In this document: positions 1 to 9,843 of the stretch, piece by piece
Numbering within the stretch: position 1 is the stretch's first letter
Layout of the letters: every line of letters begins with the position of its first letter
Source: an uncultured Candidatus Poseidoniales archaeon
GTDB lineage: Archaea; Thermoplasmatota; Poseidoniia; Poseidoniales; Poseidoniaceae
Direction: 5' to 3'
Assembly: GCA_905182725.1 (NCBI GenBank)
Contig: CAJJCQ010000032.1
Location: 1-57,169 of the forward strand
Length of the DNA: 57,169 bases
Notes under the pieces: generated by a model
What the model was told of the DNA's origin: nothing
The model's input: the letters and a program-made list of their open reading frames with translations, nothing else
Databases searched by the model: none
Program-made: the position numbers and the translations under genes

Positions 1-2
1 GC

Positions 3-3000
3 ATTTGGTCTCACAGCAGTGCTTCGAACAACGGCACATTCGGTCAAAACAACGTATTGACAGGTAACGGTGCAGGAACGCTCTGGGATTTCAACACCAA
101 TGCAGCCGGTTGGACTTTTTCGAATACCTATGCAAGCCGTGTTTCCAGTCCGACTTGCGGCTTGAACGGGACCACTGGTGGTTCAATTCGGACCTATGCA
201 GGTTCAACCTATGCGACTTCACCGGTAAGTGATTTTTCAGGAATTTCTGCTATGCCTCTTCACGTATGGGTTCGTGAAGGCTCCAGCAACTGTGGCGAGG
301 AACCTGATTCTGGAGAAGATTTGCAAATTCAATACCGCACTGCGAGTAATACTTGGACGACTCTCCACACTTTTTCTGGAGCCCCAACCAGTTCTGGGTC
401 ATCCACTCAGTACATGACCAATTTACCTGCAGCTGCTCTTCACACCAATACACAGATTCGTTTCCATCAAACTTCCGGTTCCTCAACGTGTTGCGATTAT
501 TGGTTTATCGATGATGTGCACTTTGCAACACCTCCTTCAGCAGAATGGACCAGCCCAACCATCGGTTTCCCTGCAAGTTCATTCCAAGATGTCGAACAAG
601 GGCCATGGGCTCCGCTTCACATCGAAGCGGATATCCCATCCGGAGCAAACCTCAACTGGACCATTCTTGATGGTTTGACTGGTGCTCCGATTGTTGGGAT
701 GCAAGGAAGTGGCACGGGTTGGATTCCACTCAATGCTTTGGACTGGCAAGCCGTCACATCGATCCGTTTGAATCTGTATTTAGAACCCTCTCCAAATGGT
801 CAAATGCCAAGTATTTATTCAATCAGTGGTGATGGGAATTATGCTTTATCGTTTAGCAATAATCCAATGCTTCATGGCTGGACTGCAAAGGGCTCACCCC
901 TCTTTGATGCAATATCGACTTCATTGTATGGAATGTTCAATGATTCGATTACTTCTCCATGGTTCTCTGCTTCTGCAGCGCTTGCGGAGATACATGTTGA
1001 TGCAACATCAGACTTCATTCAAACTCAAATTCGAACCTCGCCTACAGGCAACTGGACCAATATCACACTCCCTTACTCGATGAGTTTAGTTGGAAATGAA
1101 GGTTCGGTAGGATCCTATCAAATTCAATTTATTGCTGCCTCAAACAACACCACTAATGTCTGGGAAGTCTTTGATTTTGAAACAGGTGCTTTCGGTGGAA
1201 TACAACCAACGGGCCCCGCAATTGATTTCGCTCGAGATGGTATTTTCGAATGGGGCGGAAGCGATGCCCGTGTCGGTTCTTGGGGCTGGCAAGACCGTTT
1301 TGAAAACGGTCAAACTTCGATTGCTGCCAACCCTGGTATTGGTGGGGGTTCTACAGTGAAGGCTTGGGTTCCGGCCACCAGCCTCAGCAGTTTTTGTTTC
1401 AGTGCGTTATCGTCAAATGGAGAATTGGCATCGGTCGCACTCGTTCATAATGGCCAAACTGTTGCAAATTGGACGCTTCAGGGCGGTTCAAATTATTTCG
1501 TTCTCGACCAAACCCAACTCACTGATTTGAATGCTGCAATGGCTGGAGCAACCTCATTGGTAAGTGCGCTTGGAACCTATTTCACTGAATTGGAGTTCGA
1601 AGTATTTGGTTCTGGTAATGTGACTTTAGCGGGTCTTGGCATACCTTATGAGGCATCACACAGTGTAACTGCACTTGTTGATTCATCCTTCGTAATGGAG
1701 ATGAATGGAGCTCGTTACGGTTTGCCAGCAACCGGTGGAATACACAACATCCCCTTACAACTGACTTCAGAAACAGCGGGTGGATTGCACCTTTCAATAG
1801 AGGGATTGAATACTTCCTCCAGTGTTCAATTGATCAATGCAAACATGCATACCGATGCAACAATTTTAACGCCAAGCCAACGCTGGCAAACGATGGAAAC
1901 GACCTTCAGTGTGTTTTCATCATCAGCCTCATCTGCACGTCTTGATGTGATTGGAGGTGAACATTCTGCAACATGGTTGCTGCCTCTCAATGGTGGCTCT
2001 CCAATTGGTACCGGAGATTCAGCACTTGTCGAATTACACCCTACGGCTGCAGTGACCAGCATTGTGAGTGGTACTTCGGTTACTATGAACGTTACTTTTA
2101 GAATAGAACCTTCTTGGGAAGATTCAGATACCATTCAAGTCTCATCACGATTACTACTCGCGAACGGAGTTTTCTCAATTCCAGCCTTACATACTTGGGG
2201 TGGAACAGGCTCTCAAGGTTTCGAAAACGATTTGGAAATCAAGCAAGTTATCTTCACAAACTCATTCAATACTGAACTTGAACCAACTGACTACTATCTG
2301 AAAGCAGGCTCGACCATCCAAATCGGAGTTCAAATTGGCTTTGAAGGCATGAACACAATTGATGCATTTGCTGATGGTGATGCAATGGTTGAATTTTATC
2401 GTGGCGACGTCCTTGTTGCGAATACGACCATGCTCGATGGTAACATGTGGACTCTTACTGATACTCTTCCTTTCACTTTCGGAGCCGTAGTTTGGCATTT
2501 CGAAGTGAAACCAATCAATGGTTCCGGTACGACGTCTGCCGCGGTGTTCACTCGAACATTCCACATCGATTCGATTACACCACAAGTTCTCGAAACAAAC
2601 ATGGACCGTTATGACCATCGAATCCCTTCAACAACACAAACGATTCAAATTCAAATCTCAGATCAGCCAATTTTACCTCAAAATATCCATGCCATGGTCT
2701 GGAGAGAATGGATCGATGATGACAACTTTGACAACTGGCCAGACGAAAATGAATACCATCCTCTTGGTTTGTATATTCCGAATGACCTTTCTTCACTTAT
2801 CGGTCAATACACCTTGATGATGGATGATACCGGTGGAAGCATTGGGCAGAAGGTTTCAGTCTACCTCGCAGGCTCTGATAATGCCGGCCACCCGTTGGAG
2901 AATGGCGGCTCAAATCTTTCCGGAGAACACTTGTTCATGTATCAATTGGCGATCGATGGACCTCCAACCGTTGCTTCCAATGCCTTTTCTTTTGAAGGGG

Positions 3001-4832
3001 GTAAGAAACCTTGGCTCCATCCTGAAACTTCCTATGTATTCGATGTTGATATCTCTGAACCGAACGGCGGTTCCGACTTCTCGACCGTTGTCGTTGAATT
3101 GGCATCGAACCAGGGCAGCGACCCACTCCCAATTCTCTGGGACTTCACGACTGGCAATTGTACCACGACCAGCCCTCATGTTTTGATTGAAGAATGTGAA
3201 ATGCGTGGAGCGAACGGTCCTGCTGACCCCTATGAACAAGACATGACGCTTCATGTCGAAATCGAATTGGCATGGACAACTCCTGATTTAGGTGAAACCC
3301 GAAGAGAGCCAGGAATTCGAGTTATCGATCGAGCCGGTCAAGAAGTCTTCCACACCTTCCCTGAACACCGTTGGCGCTTCTCTGCAGCAATGGAGATTCC
3401 TGAAGACAGTGTGGCGCTAATTCTCTCACAAGGAACTTTACTTGGTGACGGTGCACGATTAGCACCGAACAGTCCGTTGGAAGTTTCCGGAAGCATCGTC
3501 TTTTCAGAAACAGGACTGATTCCTCAATTCGATTGTCAAATTGATGTGTTATTTGCAGGCTCAACGACTTCAGCCAGTTCTCTTGAAGGGATTTGGTCTC
3601 TCGCTTTACAAGCACCATCTGCAACCATGACCATACCAATGACTTGGAGCGTTGGATGCCTCCAAGGACAAGGTATTGATGCAACAGATCAAGAAACATC
3701 AGTCCGTTGGATTATTGTTGATGGAACCGGCCCTGAACCCGTTGAAGTTTCGAATCCTCGACCCGCCTCTATTCTTGAACCCGAATCACATGAAGTTCGT
3801 ATTCTTCTTTCAGAAGCAGGTGGCCTCGATGTTGATTCGCTGGAATTGGTCTGGTGGGTTGAAGAAAAGGCAACAGGAGATCGTTTGCGTAATGGAGTTG
3901 AACCCCTTTCCTTGATCGGCTCAGATATTTCGGGATTGCGATTAGAAGTCGTAAGTTCGATTGATTTGAGCGAGATTACACCAGTGATGCTTGAAAACCG
4001 TCTGTCGGTTCATGTTATCGTCATCGGAAGAGATCTCGCTGACAATGAAGTTCTCGGTCTTGGAGGTTCTCCTGCTGGAAACCCTGTTGGTGTTTGGGAC
4101 ATGGTATGGCTCAAACCTGAATATTCCTTGCAGAGTTCGTCAATCAGCTATTCTCGTTTGTTAGTTGAAATCGGTCAAACCTCGATTGTGACTGCCTATG
4201 TTGAAAACACAGGCACACTCAACGGTTCTGTTGAAGTGGTCTTTACAGAAGTTCTGGTAGATGGGACTCGTTCAATGCTTCGACGCATGACTATTGAAGT
4301 TCCTGAAGGCGGTGGAATACCCGTCTCCACAGATTGGAATCCTTCGGAATCAGGTCTGCAATGGGTCGAAGTTCAATTGGAAAGCGGCTCAACTTCGATT
4401 GGACCATCGATTGATGTTCGACCACAGCGCGAAGAATCCTTTTCGGAGAAGGTGTTTGGTGGAGTGAGTCCAGTATTGGGTACGTTCGCCGCTGTTCTTT
4501 TCCTTTCAATTGTTCTTACCGGATTGGTTTGGGCAAGGCGCATGACTTTGAATCGTGGTTCGAAATTAGAATACGATTGGGATGAATATTCCTCTGAATT
4601 CGAAGATGATGAGGGTGAAGAAGAGGAAGAAGATGATGGCGAAAATGATTCACCAGACGCATCTTCTTCTCTTGCTGTAGCGTCAGTTGCTGCAGTCGAT
4701 ACAACCGAAGCAGTTTCCGTTGAAGAAACTGATTGGGTGATGGGTTCCGATGGCTACTGGTGGTATCACGACAAAGTTACCAACGAATGGTGGTACAAGA
4801 ATACTGAAGGCGAAATCGTCCAACACAAGTGA
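3..4832 (+). CDS. large cell-surface protein, 5' end outside the window; C-terminal TM anchor plus acidic, Trp-rich cytoplasmic tail
   Basis: The frame is open from nt 3 to the listed TTG at 57 with no upstream stop, so the gene begins left of the window. It has many N-x-S/T sequons and a CARDB-like strand motif (VTAYVENTGTLNGSVEVVF). A hydrophobic helix VLGTFAAVLFLSIVLTGLVWA is followed by RRM, then EFEDDEGEEEEEDDGEND. Confidence 0.75.
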   Translation: MWSHSSASNNGTFGQNNVLTGNGAGTLWDFNTNAAGWTFSNTYASRVSSPTCGLNGTTGGSIRTYAGSTYATSPVSDFSGISAMPLHVWVREGSSNCGEEPDSGEDLQIQYRTASNTWTTLHTFSGAPTSSGSSTQYMTNLPAAALHTNTQIRFHQTSGSSTCCDYWFIDDVHFATPPSAEWTSPTIGFPASSFQDVEQGPWAPLHIEADIPSGANLNWTILDGLTGAPIVGMQGSGTGWIPLNALDWQAVTSIRLNLYLEPSPNGQMPSIYSISGDGNYALSFSNNPMLHGWTAKGSPLFDAISTSLYGMFNDSITSPWFSASAALAEIHVDATSDFIQTQIRTSPTGNWTNITLPYSMSLVGNEGSVGSYQIQFIAASNNTTNVWEVFDFETGAFGGIQPTGPAIDFARDGIFEWGGSDARVGSWGWQDRFENGQTSIAANPGIGGGSTVKAWVPATSLSSFCFSALSSNGELASVALVHNGQTVANWTLQGGSNYFVLDQTQLTDLNAAMAGATSLVSALGTYFTELEFEVFGSGNVTLAGLGIPYEASHSVTALVDSSFVMEMNGARYGLPATGGIHNIPLQLTSETAGGLHLSIEGLNTSSSVQLINANMHTDATILTPSQRWQTMETTFSVFSSSASSARLDVIGGEHSATWLLPLNGGSPIGTGDSALVELHPTAAVTSIVSGTSVTMNVTFRIEPSWEDSDTIQVSSRLLLANGVFSIPALHTWGGTGSQGFENDLEIKQVIFTNSFNTELEPTDYYLKAGSTIQIGVQIGFEGMNTIDAFADGDAMVEFYRGDVLVANTTMLDGNMWTLTDTLPFTFGAVVWHFEVKPINGSGTTSAAVFTRTFHIDSITPQVLETNMDRYDHRIPSTTQTIQIQISDQPILPQNIHAMVWREWIDDDNFDNWPDENEYHPLGLYIPNDLSSLIGQYTLMMDDTGGSIGQKVSVYLAGSDNAGHPLENGGSNLSGEHLFMYQLAIDGPPTVASNAFSFEGGKKPWLHPETSYVFDVDISEPNGGSDFSTVVVELASNQGSDPLPILWDFTTGNCTTTSPHVLIEECEMRGANGPADPYEQDMTLHVEIELAWTTPDLGETRREPGIRVIDRAGQEVFHTFPEHRWRFSAAMEIPEDSVALILSQGTLLGDGARLAPNSPLEVSGSIVFSETGLIPQFDCQIDVLFAGSTTSASSLEGIWSLALQAPSATMTIPMTWSVGCLQGQGIDATDQETSVRWIIVDGTGPEPVEVSNPRPASILEPESHEVRILLSEAGGLDVDSLELVWWVEEKATGDRLRNGVEPLSLIGSDISGLRLEVVSSIDLSEITPVMLENRLSVHVIVIGRDLADNEVLGLGGSPAGNPVGVWDMVWLKPEYSLQSSSISYSRLLVEIGQTSIVTAYVENTGTLNGSVEVVFTEVLVDGTRSMLRRMTIEVPEGGGIPVSTDWNPSESGLQWVEVQLESGSTSIGPSIDVRPQREESFSEKVFGGVSPVLGTFAAVLFLSIVLTGLVWARRMTLNRGSKLEYDWDEYSSEFEDDEGEEEEEDDGENDSPDASSSLAVASVAAVDTTEAVSVEETDWVMGSDGYWWYHDKVTNEWWYKNTEGEIVQHK

Positions 4833-6613
4833 TGCATTGGAGTGATACAATGGGTCGAATGATTGGTCTTTTGCAAATAGATCCCACCGTTGGGGATTTG
4901 GCTGGTAACGCACAGCGTCTTGAGCATCTTTCGCATTTGGCAGCACAAAACGGTGCTAGCGTTGGTGTGACTACAGAATTAGCAATTTCGGGATATCCGC
5001 CTCGTGACCTCCTTCTCCAAGATGAATTCATTCGACTTGCACAACAAACAGCAAGTTCCCTCAAGGTTCCAATTCCAGTCCTCGTTGGTTCTCCAATCGA
5101 GGCTCAATCGAGTCGCCAATTACCCGGTAACGGGGTTGTTCGGGCAGGTTCGAATGATGTCTTGTCGAGTAACGCCAATTCGCAGGTTGTCGCCCGAAAG
5201 CAACTTCTTCCAACCTACGATGTCTTTGATGAAGCTCGTTATTTCCATCCCGATAATCGGTCCGGAATTGCTCGAACCATCGCTCAACTTGACCTTGGAG
5301 TCACCGTTTGTGAAGATGCTTGGCAAGCTGCAGGTTTGACCCCCTCTGCTTATTCAGCAGATCCGATTGAACATTTAGCAGAATGGGGTCGTCAAGGCGT
5401 TCAATTGGACGCAACTGTGAATCTTTCCGCCTCTCCATACCATGCAGATAAACTAAGTTCAAGAATCCATGTTTGTCGGACTGCTGCACAGGTTCTTGGC
5501 CATCCCTTCTTGTTGGCGAACCAAGTCGGTGGTAACGATGATTTGTTATTCGATGGTAACTCCTTAGTCGCATGGCCCGATGGTCGTGTCGTGGTTGCTC
5601 CAGCATGGCAAGAAGGGGTTCTTGTAGTCGATATTGACGATGCCAGCAATTGCACATGGGTCGCCTCGGAATCCCCTGATGCTCTCTGCATCGGCAGCGA
5701 CCAAATCCGTCACCTTTCATCTGAAGAAAAAGGCCATGAATACGATAAAGAATTACTCGAAGACCTTACAGACGCTGTTGTGACTGGTCTTTCGGATTAT
5801 TGTCGTAAATCCGGTATCTCATCCATTGTCTTGGGACTCTCCGGAGGCATTGATTCTGCAGTTGCTGCATGTGTGGCTGCTGCTGCAGTTGGCCCGGAAA
5901 ACGTTCTAGGGTTAGCAATGCCAAGTCGCCATTCTTCACAACATTCAATTGATGACGCCCGCTTTACTGCTGAAACACTTGGGATTTCCTTTGACACCAT
6001 TCCGATTGATTCATTCCATACTTCTGTTGAAGAATCGATTGGAGATGTTCTCACAAACGGCCACCCGGTGGCATCAGAGAACCTTCAAGCACGTTTGCGG
6101 GGACTTCTTGTTATGGCTCACGCCAATGCACAAGGTCGTATGGCGATTGCAACAGGAAACAAATCTGAATTGGCTCAAGGCTATTGCACCCTGTATGGAG
6201 ACATGGCAGGTGGATACGCTCCCCTCGGTGACCTTTACAAGATGCAAGTCTATGGAATTGCAGATATTTTCAACTCACGTGCTGAGCACAATGGCCGTGT
6301 TGCCCCAGTGAATCAATCCACTCGAACCAAACCCCCTTCTGCAGAACTTGCTCCTGACCAAAAAGACGAAGACTCACTCCCTCCATACCATGTGCTTGAT
6401 GAGATTCTGCATTCGCACATCGAAGAAGGATTGGATGCTCAAGCCATCGCTGAAAAAGGATTTGAGCACGGCACAGTGGTTGAAGTTCTGACTCGTTTAG
6501 AACGAAGTGAGCACAAGCGTTGGCAGATGTCTCCTGCACCTCGTGTTTCCTCTCGAGCCTTTGGCCAAGGATGGCGCCGCCCACTTGCTTCACGCCATGA
6601 TTGGCGTCGTTGA
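4829..6613 (+). CDS. nadE: glutamine-dependent NAD+ synthetase (N-terminal CN-hydrolase domain + NAD synthetase domain)
   Basis: The PP-loop motif LGLSGGIDSAV is present. Nitrilase-type E/K/C contexts are seen (TTELAISGY, KQLLPTYDVFDE, GVTVCEDAW). The GTG/ATG at 4829/4832 overlaps the upstream stop, and an alternative ATG lies at 4850. Confidence 0.9.
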   Translation: MMHWSDTMGRMIGLLQIDPTVGDLAGNAQRLEHLSHLAAQNGASVGVTTELAISGYPPRDLLLQDEFIRLAQQTASSLKVPIPVLVGSPIEAQSSRQLPGNGVVRAGSNDVLSSNANSQVVARKQLLPTYDVFDEARYFHPDNRSGIARTIAQLDLGVTVCEDAWQAAGLTPSAYSADPIEHLAEWGRQGVQLDATVNLSASPYHADKLSSRIHVCRTAAQVLGHPFLLANQVGGNDDLLFDGNSLVAWPDGRVVVAPAWQEGVLVVDIDDASNCTWVASESPDALCIGSDQIRHLSSEEKGHEYDKELLEDLTDAVVTGLSDYCRKSGISSIVLGLSGGIDSAVAACVAAAAVGPENVLGLAMPSRHSSQHSIDDARFTAETLGISFDTIPIDSFHTSVEESIGDVLTNGHPVASENLQARLRGLLVMAHANAQGRMAIATGNKSELAQGYCTLYGDMAGGYAPLGDLYKMQVYGIADIFNSRAEHNGRVAPVNQSTRTKPPSAELAPDQKDEDSLPPYHVLDEILHSHIEEGLDAQAIAEKGFEHGTVVEVLTRLERSEHKRWQMSPAPRVSSRAFGQGWRRPLASRHDWRR

Positions 6614-7479
6614 TGCTTGGAATGAATCAAAAAGGCCTTCTCAATCCGAAGGACATGGAGGGAATGGTTGCCAATATTGCAGGATACCGTTTTGTTGACC
6701 TTCCTGACCGTGATGCTTTGCGAGAACCTTTCCGTGCAATCTGTAAAAAAGCAGGACTGAAAGGAACAATTTTACTTTCATTTGAAGGAATCAATTTCTT
6801 TTTGGCTGGTACCCAATCTTCTGTTGATCAATATCTCGAGTTTTTGGAAGAAGATTCTCGTTTTTCTCAAATGCGTCTCAAATACTCCCACACTGAATAT
6901 CAACCCTTCAATCGAATGAATGTCCGTCTCAAAAAAGAAATCATTTCCTTGGGTCTTGACCATGTTAAGCCTGCAGAGCGCACCGGAGAAGAAATCACGC
7001 CAACGGAATTCAAGCAGTGGATGGATGAAGGACGAGAAGTCGCCATCATCGATACCCGGAACGATTATGAAATCCGATTAGGCACTTTTGACAACGCCCT
7101 TGATTTGAACATCAAATCATTTCGTGCTTTCCCGAAAGCTGTCGAATCCCTTCCTGAATCAATGAAAGATACTCCTGTCGTGATGTTTTGCACCGGTGGA
7201 ATTCGATGTGAGAAAGCCAGTGTCGTCATGATGGATGCAGGGTTTTCCAATGTAAAACAGCTCAGAGGTGGAATCCTCGGTTATTTCGAAGAAGTAGGTG
7301 GAGACCATTGGGATGGTGATTGCTTTGTATTCGACCATCGCGTTGCCCTCAGTTCAGAACTTGAACAGACCGAAGTGGTGCAATGCTTTGCTTGCCGCCA
7401 GCCCGTGACCGTTGAAGAGCAACAGTCACCAGAGTATGTCATCGAAGTCTCCTGTCCTCATTGTATCCATTTGCGATAA
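6613..7479 (+). CDS. trhO: rhodanese-domain protein of the YceA/TrhO (UPF0176) family, putative tRNA U34 hydroxylase
   Basis: The active-site loop CTGGIRCEKAS is present, with a C-terminal Cys pair tail (CFACRQ...CPHC). The ATG at 6613 overlaps the nadE stop (TGATG). The listed TTG 6601 and ATG 6622/6655 are alternative starts. Confidence 0.8.
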   Translation: MLGMNQKGLLNPKDMEGMVANIAGYRFVDLPDRDALREPFRAICKKAGLKGTILLSFEGINFFLAGTQSSVDQYLEFLEEDSRFSQMRLKYSHTEYQPFNRMNVRLKKEIISLGLDHVKPAERTGEEITPTEFKQWMDEGREVAIIDTRNDYEIRLGTFDNALDLNIKSFRAFPKAVESLPESMKDTPVVMFCTGGIRCEKASVVMMDAGFSNVKQLRGGILGYFEEVGGDHWDGDCFVFDHRVALSSELEQTEVVQCFACRQPVTVEEQQSPEYVIEVSCPHCIHLR

Positions 7480-9765
7480 TTACGACCAGATGAGCCAATC
7501 ACCTGTTCGTTCACCGTGGCTCCATGCATGAATTTCATGACCACGAATCCCATCGTGTGAGATGAAGAACAAATGATGTTCAGTAAGCAAAAGTTCGCCG
7601 TATGTACCCGAAGCTGAATTGTTATTCACTCCTGGCCACGGGTCGTAAGCTAAGGTAGGCGTGCCATTCTTTTGTACATGCCATAGGGTAGAACCAGTCT
7701 CTATTCCATCGATTTGACCTGAACCAAGGAAGAATAAATGCTCTCCATGTGATGCAAATTCGAGAATATTCGAACTGGCCATCCCTGCTCGTAAATCGGT
7801 TTCAACTCGGGTACCGCTTACCGTTCCATCGGATGAACAGATCTCATGAGCCACGTTCGGGGCGACGCAATCGAACCAAATTCGCTGTTGATGAACAAGG
7901 CCACCTGCCCAATCACCTGGTGCAACAATGGTTGTTGACAAAATCTGGGTTTGACCAGAAGAGAGGTTGTGTGACCATACTTGGGGGTCGACTCCTGAAG
8001 TTAAGGCATCAAACACGAGGAGATTTCCAAGTTGGTGAATGCCGAGATACTCTCCAACACGAGTCGTTGGGTTTCCAGTTCCTTGGTGCTGTAAAGTGGT
8101 GAGCCAACTGATGTTTCCATCATTGGAGAGCCGGACTAATTGTCGACCATTTTGTGCTTCCGCAACTGCTACCAAACCATCTTCAATCAACAGTGGTGCA
8201 TTTGGGCGACTTGCACCTGTTGGGTTAAGGTCCCAACTTTGTAATTCAGCATCCAAAGTAAGCAAATAGGGTTCGATGTCATTTCCTGCTTTGGCTGAGA
8301 ACCATAAGTGGGTGGCGTTCGCATGCAGCATTTCGGTTGCAAACGTTGCCATTCCAAGTGAGAGCGTATCGAGGTTCTGTTGTTGGGTCGGTGAAAAGGA
8401 GGGATATGAAAAGACAGGAGTGGTGATCACTCCGTTGCTCCAAATCAAAGCATCATTGGCGCCATTAAACACTATGCCTTGACCCCATTTGACCACTTTC
8501 GTCGAACTACTGAGCGGTATCGAATCTCCGTTGGCTGCAACCCTTTTGGTACCGGTTACTGTTGCATCACTGACCCATAATTCGCGACCATTGACACCAT
8601 CATCAGCATCGAAGAACACCCGTTCACCGTATGCCGTTTGAACTGAATTCAGTCCAATGTATTGTCCAGGTAAGGCATCACCATTCGGATTGATGTCGAG
8701 CAAGAACTGGGTTGAAGATTCAAATCCTTCACTGACCCAAAGTTCACATCCATCAACTCCATTGACACCAGCGGTCAAAAGACGTTGTTGCTCAACCATC
8801 CATGCCATTGCATCGCAAGTTGGAGATACACCGTCAGCGATGCCATTTGCAAAATCAGAAATTGGGCCAGAGAGAAGAGGTGTGCTGCAGATTTGGATGC
8901 TGCTTCGCACCTCATCATCGTGTAATTGTTCATCAAATGCCACACCTTCTCCAACTCCATCATCGACTCCAAATCGAAGTATGAGGCCAGAAGGACACAC
9001 GGCAGGAGACGGTTGTCGTTGTTCGACCAAAGCAGGTGCTCCTTGACTTCCCGCATCACCTTGAACACCGTTTATACCCGATTGTCCATTGTTGCCATTG
9101 CTTCCGACTAAGCCATCACACAATGCCTCACTGGATTCTCTTTCATCTTGACCGAGTTGTCCATCACCATCTGTGTCAAGTCCACTGTGAATCAGCAGAC
9201 CTCCCGTAGGACAAGTGATACTACCTATCCCCAACTCTTCAATTTCGATTCGGCTCAAATCTGGTTGTAATGTGGTTCCTGGATTGCCTTGAGGTCCCGA
9301 AAGTCCTTCTTTTCCATGGCAGACCTTTGTCGAAGAAGTGACTTCATCTTCATCGAGATAACCGTTTGAATTGAGATCATTGCCGATATAAATTTCAGCT
9401 CCGCCTTCAGTACAGATCGAATCTGCAACCCGTCCTTCGGTTCGAACCAGCATTTCATGAGCATCGCTACCCTTACTGCCTTGCGAAGGAAGTGAATCAA
9501 GCTGAACCATTGAATAGGTCGAAAAGAGAAGGGCGAGTACCAAGAGTGAAGTCTGGATAAAAGTGAACATGAACTTTCTCTTGGATTTTACCAGAGGTTT
9601 TGAATTCGGCTTTGGCTGTTGTCTCGCGTTGAGTGGTGGCACATTCTTGTGGCTTTGATTGCGTACAGGTTCTCCTGCAATAGTAGCGCCGACATCCATT
9701 GTTGGGGGGGTTGACATGAATTGACTAAAAACAGTCAAGGGTATCAAAACCTTCGGTTCAGCCAT
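7480..9765 (-). CDS. secreted ELWxxDG-repeat (beta-propeller-like) protein with N-terminal DxDxDG-type Ca-binding-like modules and short collagen-like G-X-Y runs
   Basis: A signal anchor MFTFIQTSLLVLALLFSTYSMV is present. Repeats seen: CELWVSEG, RELWVSDATVTGT, HEICSSDGTVSGT, HEIHAWSHG. Also DLNSNGYLDEDE and DTDGDGQLGQDE, and GSNGNNGQSGINGVQGDAGSQGAP. The internal ATG at 9765 is chosen because the listed start 9873 would overlap the divergent gene. Confidence 0.7.
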   Translation of the reverse strand: MAEPKVLIPLTVFSQFMSTPPTMDVGATIAGEPVRNQSHKNVPPLNARQQPKPNSKPLVKSKRKFMFTFIQTSLLVLALLFSTYSMVQLDSLPSQGSKGSDAHEMLVRTEGRVADSICTEGGAEIYIGNDLNSNGYLDEDEVTSSTKVCHGKEGLSGPQGNPGTTLQPDLSRIEIEELGIGSITCPTGGLLIHSGLDTDGDGQLGQDERESSEALCDGLVGSNGNNGQSGINGVQGDAGSQGAPALVEQRQPSPAVCPSGLILRFGVDDGVGEGVAFDEQLHDDEVRSSIQICSTPLLSGPISDFANGIADGVSPTCDAMAWMVEQQRLLTAGVNGVDGCELWVSEGFESSTQFLLDINPNGDALPGQYIGLNSVQTAYGERVFFDADDGVNGRELWVSDATVTGTKRVAANGDSIPLSSSTKVVKWGQGIVFNGANDALIWSNGVITTPVFSYPSFSPTQQQNLDTLSLGMATFATEMLHANATHLWFSAKAGNDIEPYLLTLDAELQSWDLNPTGASRPNAPLLIEDGLVAVAEAQNGRQLVRLSNDGNISWLTTLQHQGTGNPTTRVGEYLGIHQLGNLLVFDALTSGVDPQVWSHNLSSGQTQILSTTIVAPGDWAGGLVHQQRIWFDCVAPNVAHEICSSDGTVSGTRVETDLRAGMASSNILEFASHGEHLFFLGSGQIDGIETGSTLWHVQKNGTPTLAYDPWPGVNNNSASGTYGELLLTEHHLFFISHDGIRGHEIHAWSHGERTGDWLIWS

Positions 9766-9843
9766 AATTGAGTGGTTTTCTATGTTCTGAAGTCTTTTTT
9801 TGAAGGGGGTGAGTTCAAAGGCGTCCTTTTCCTGCAGAGATAC
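9766..9843. promoter_or_regulatory. 78-nt divergent intergenic region, presumed to hold promoters for both flanking genes
   Basis: This is the only non-coding DNA between the divergently oriented 7480-9765(-) and 9844-11619(+) genes. It is AT/T-rich (ttttctatgtt, tcttttttt). No specific TATA/BRE is assigned. Confidence 0.3.
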
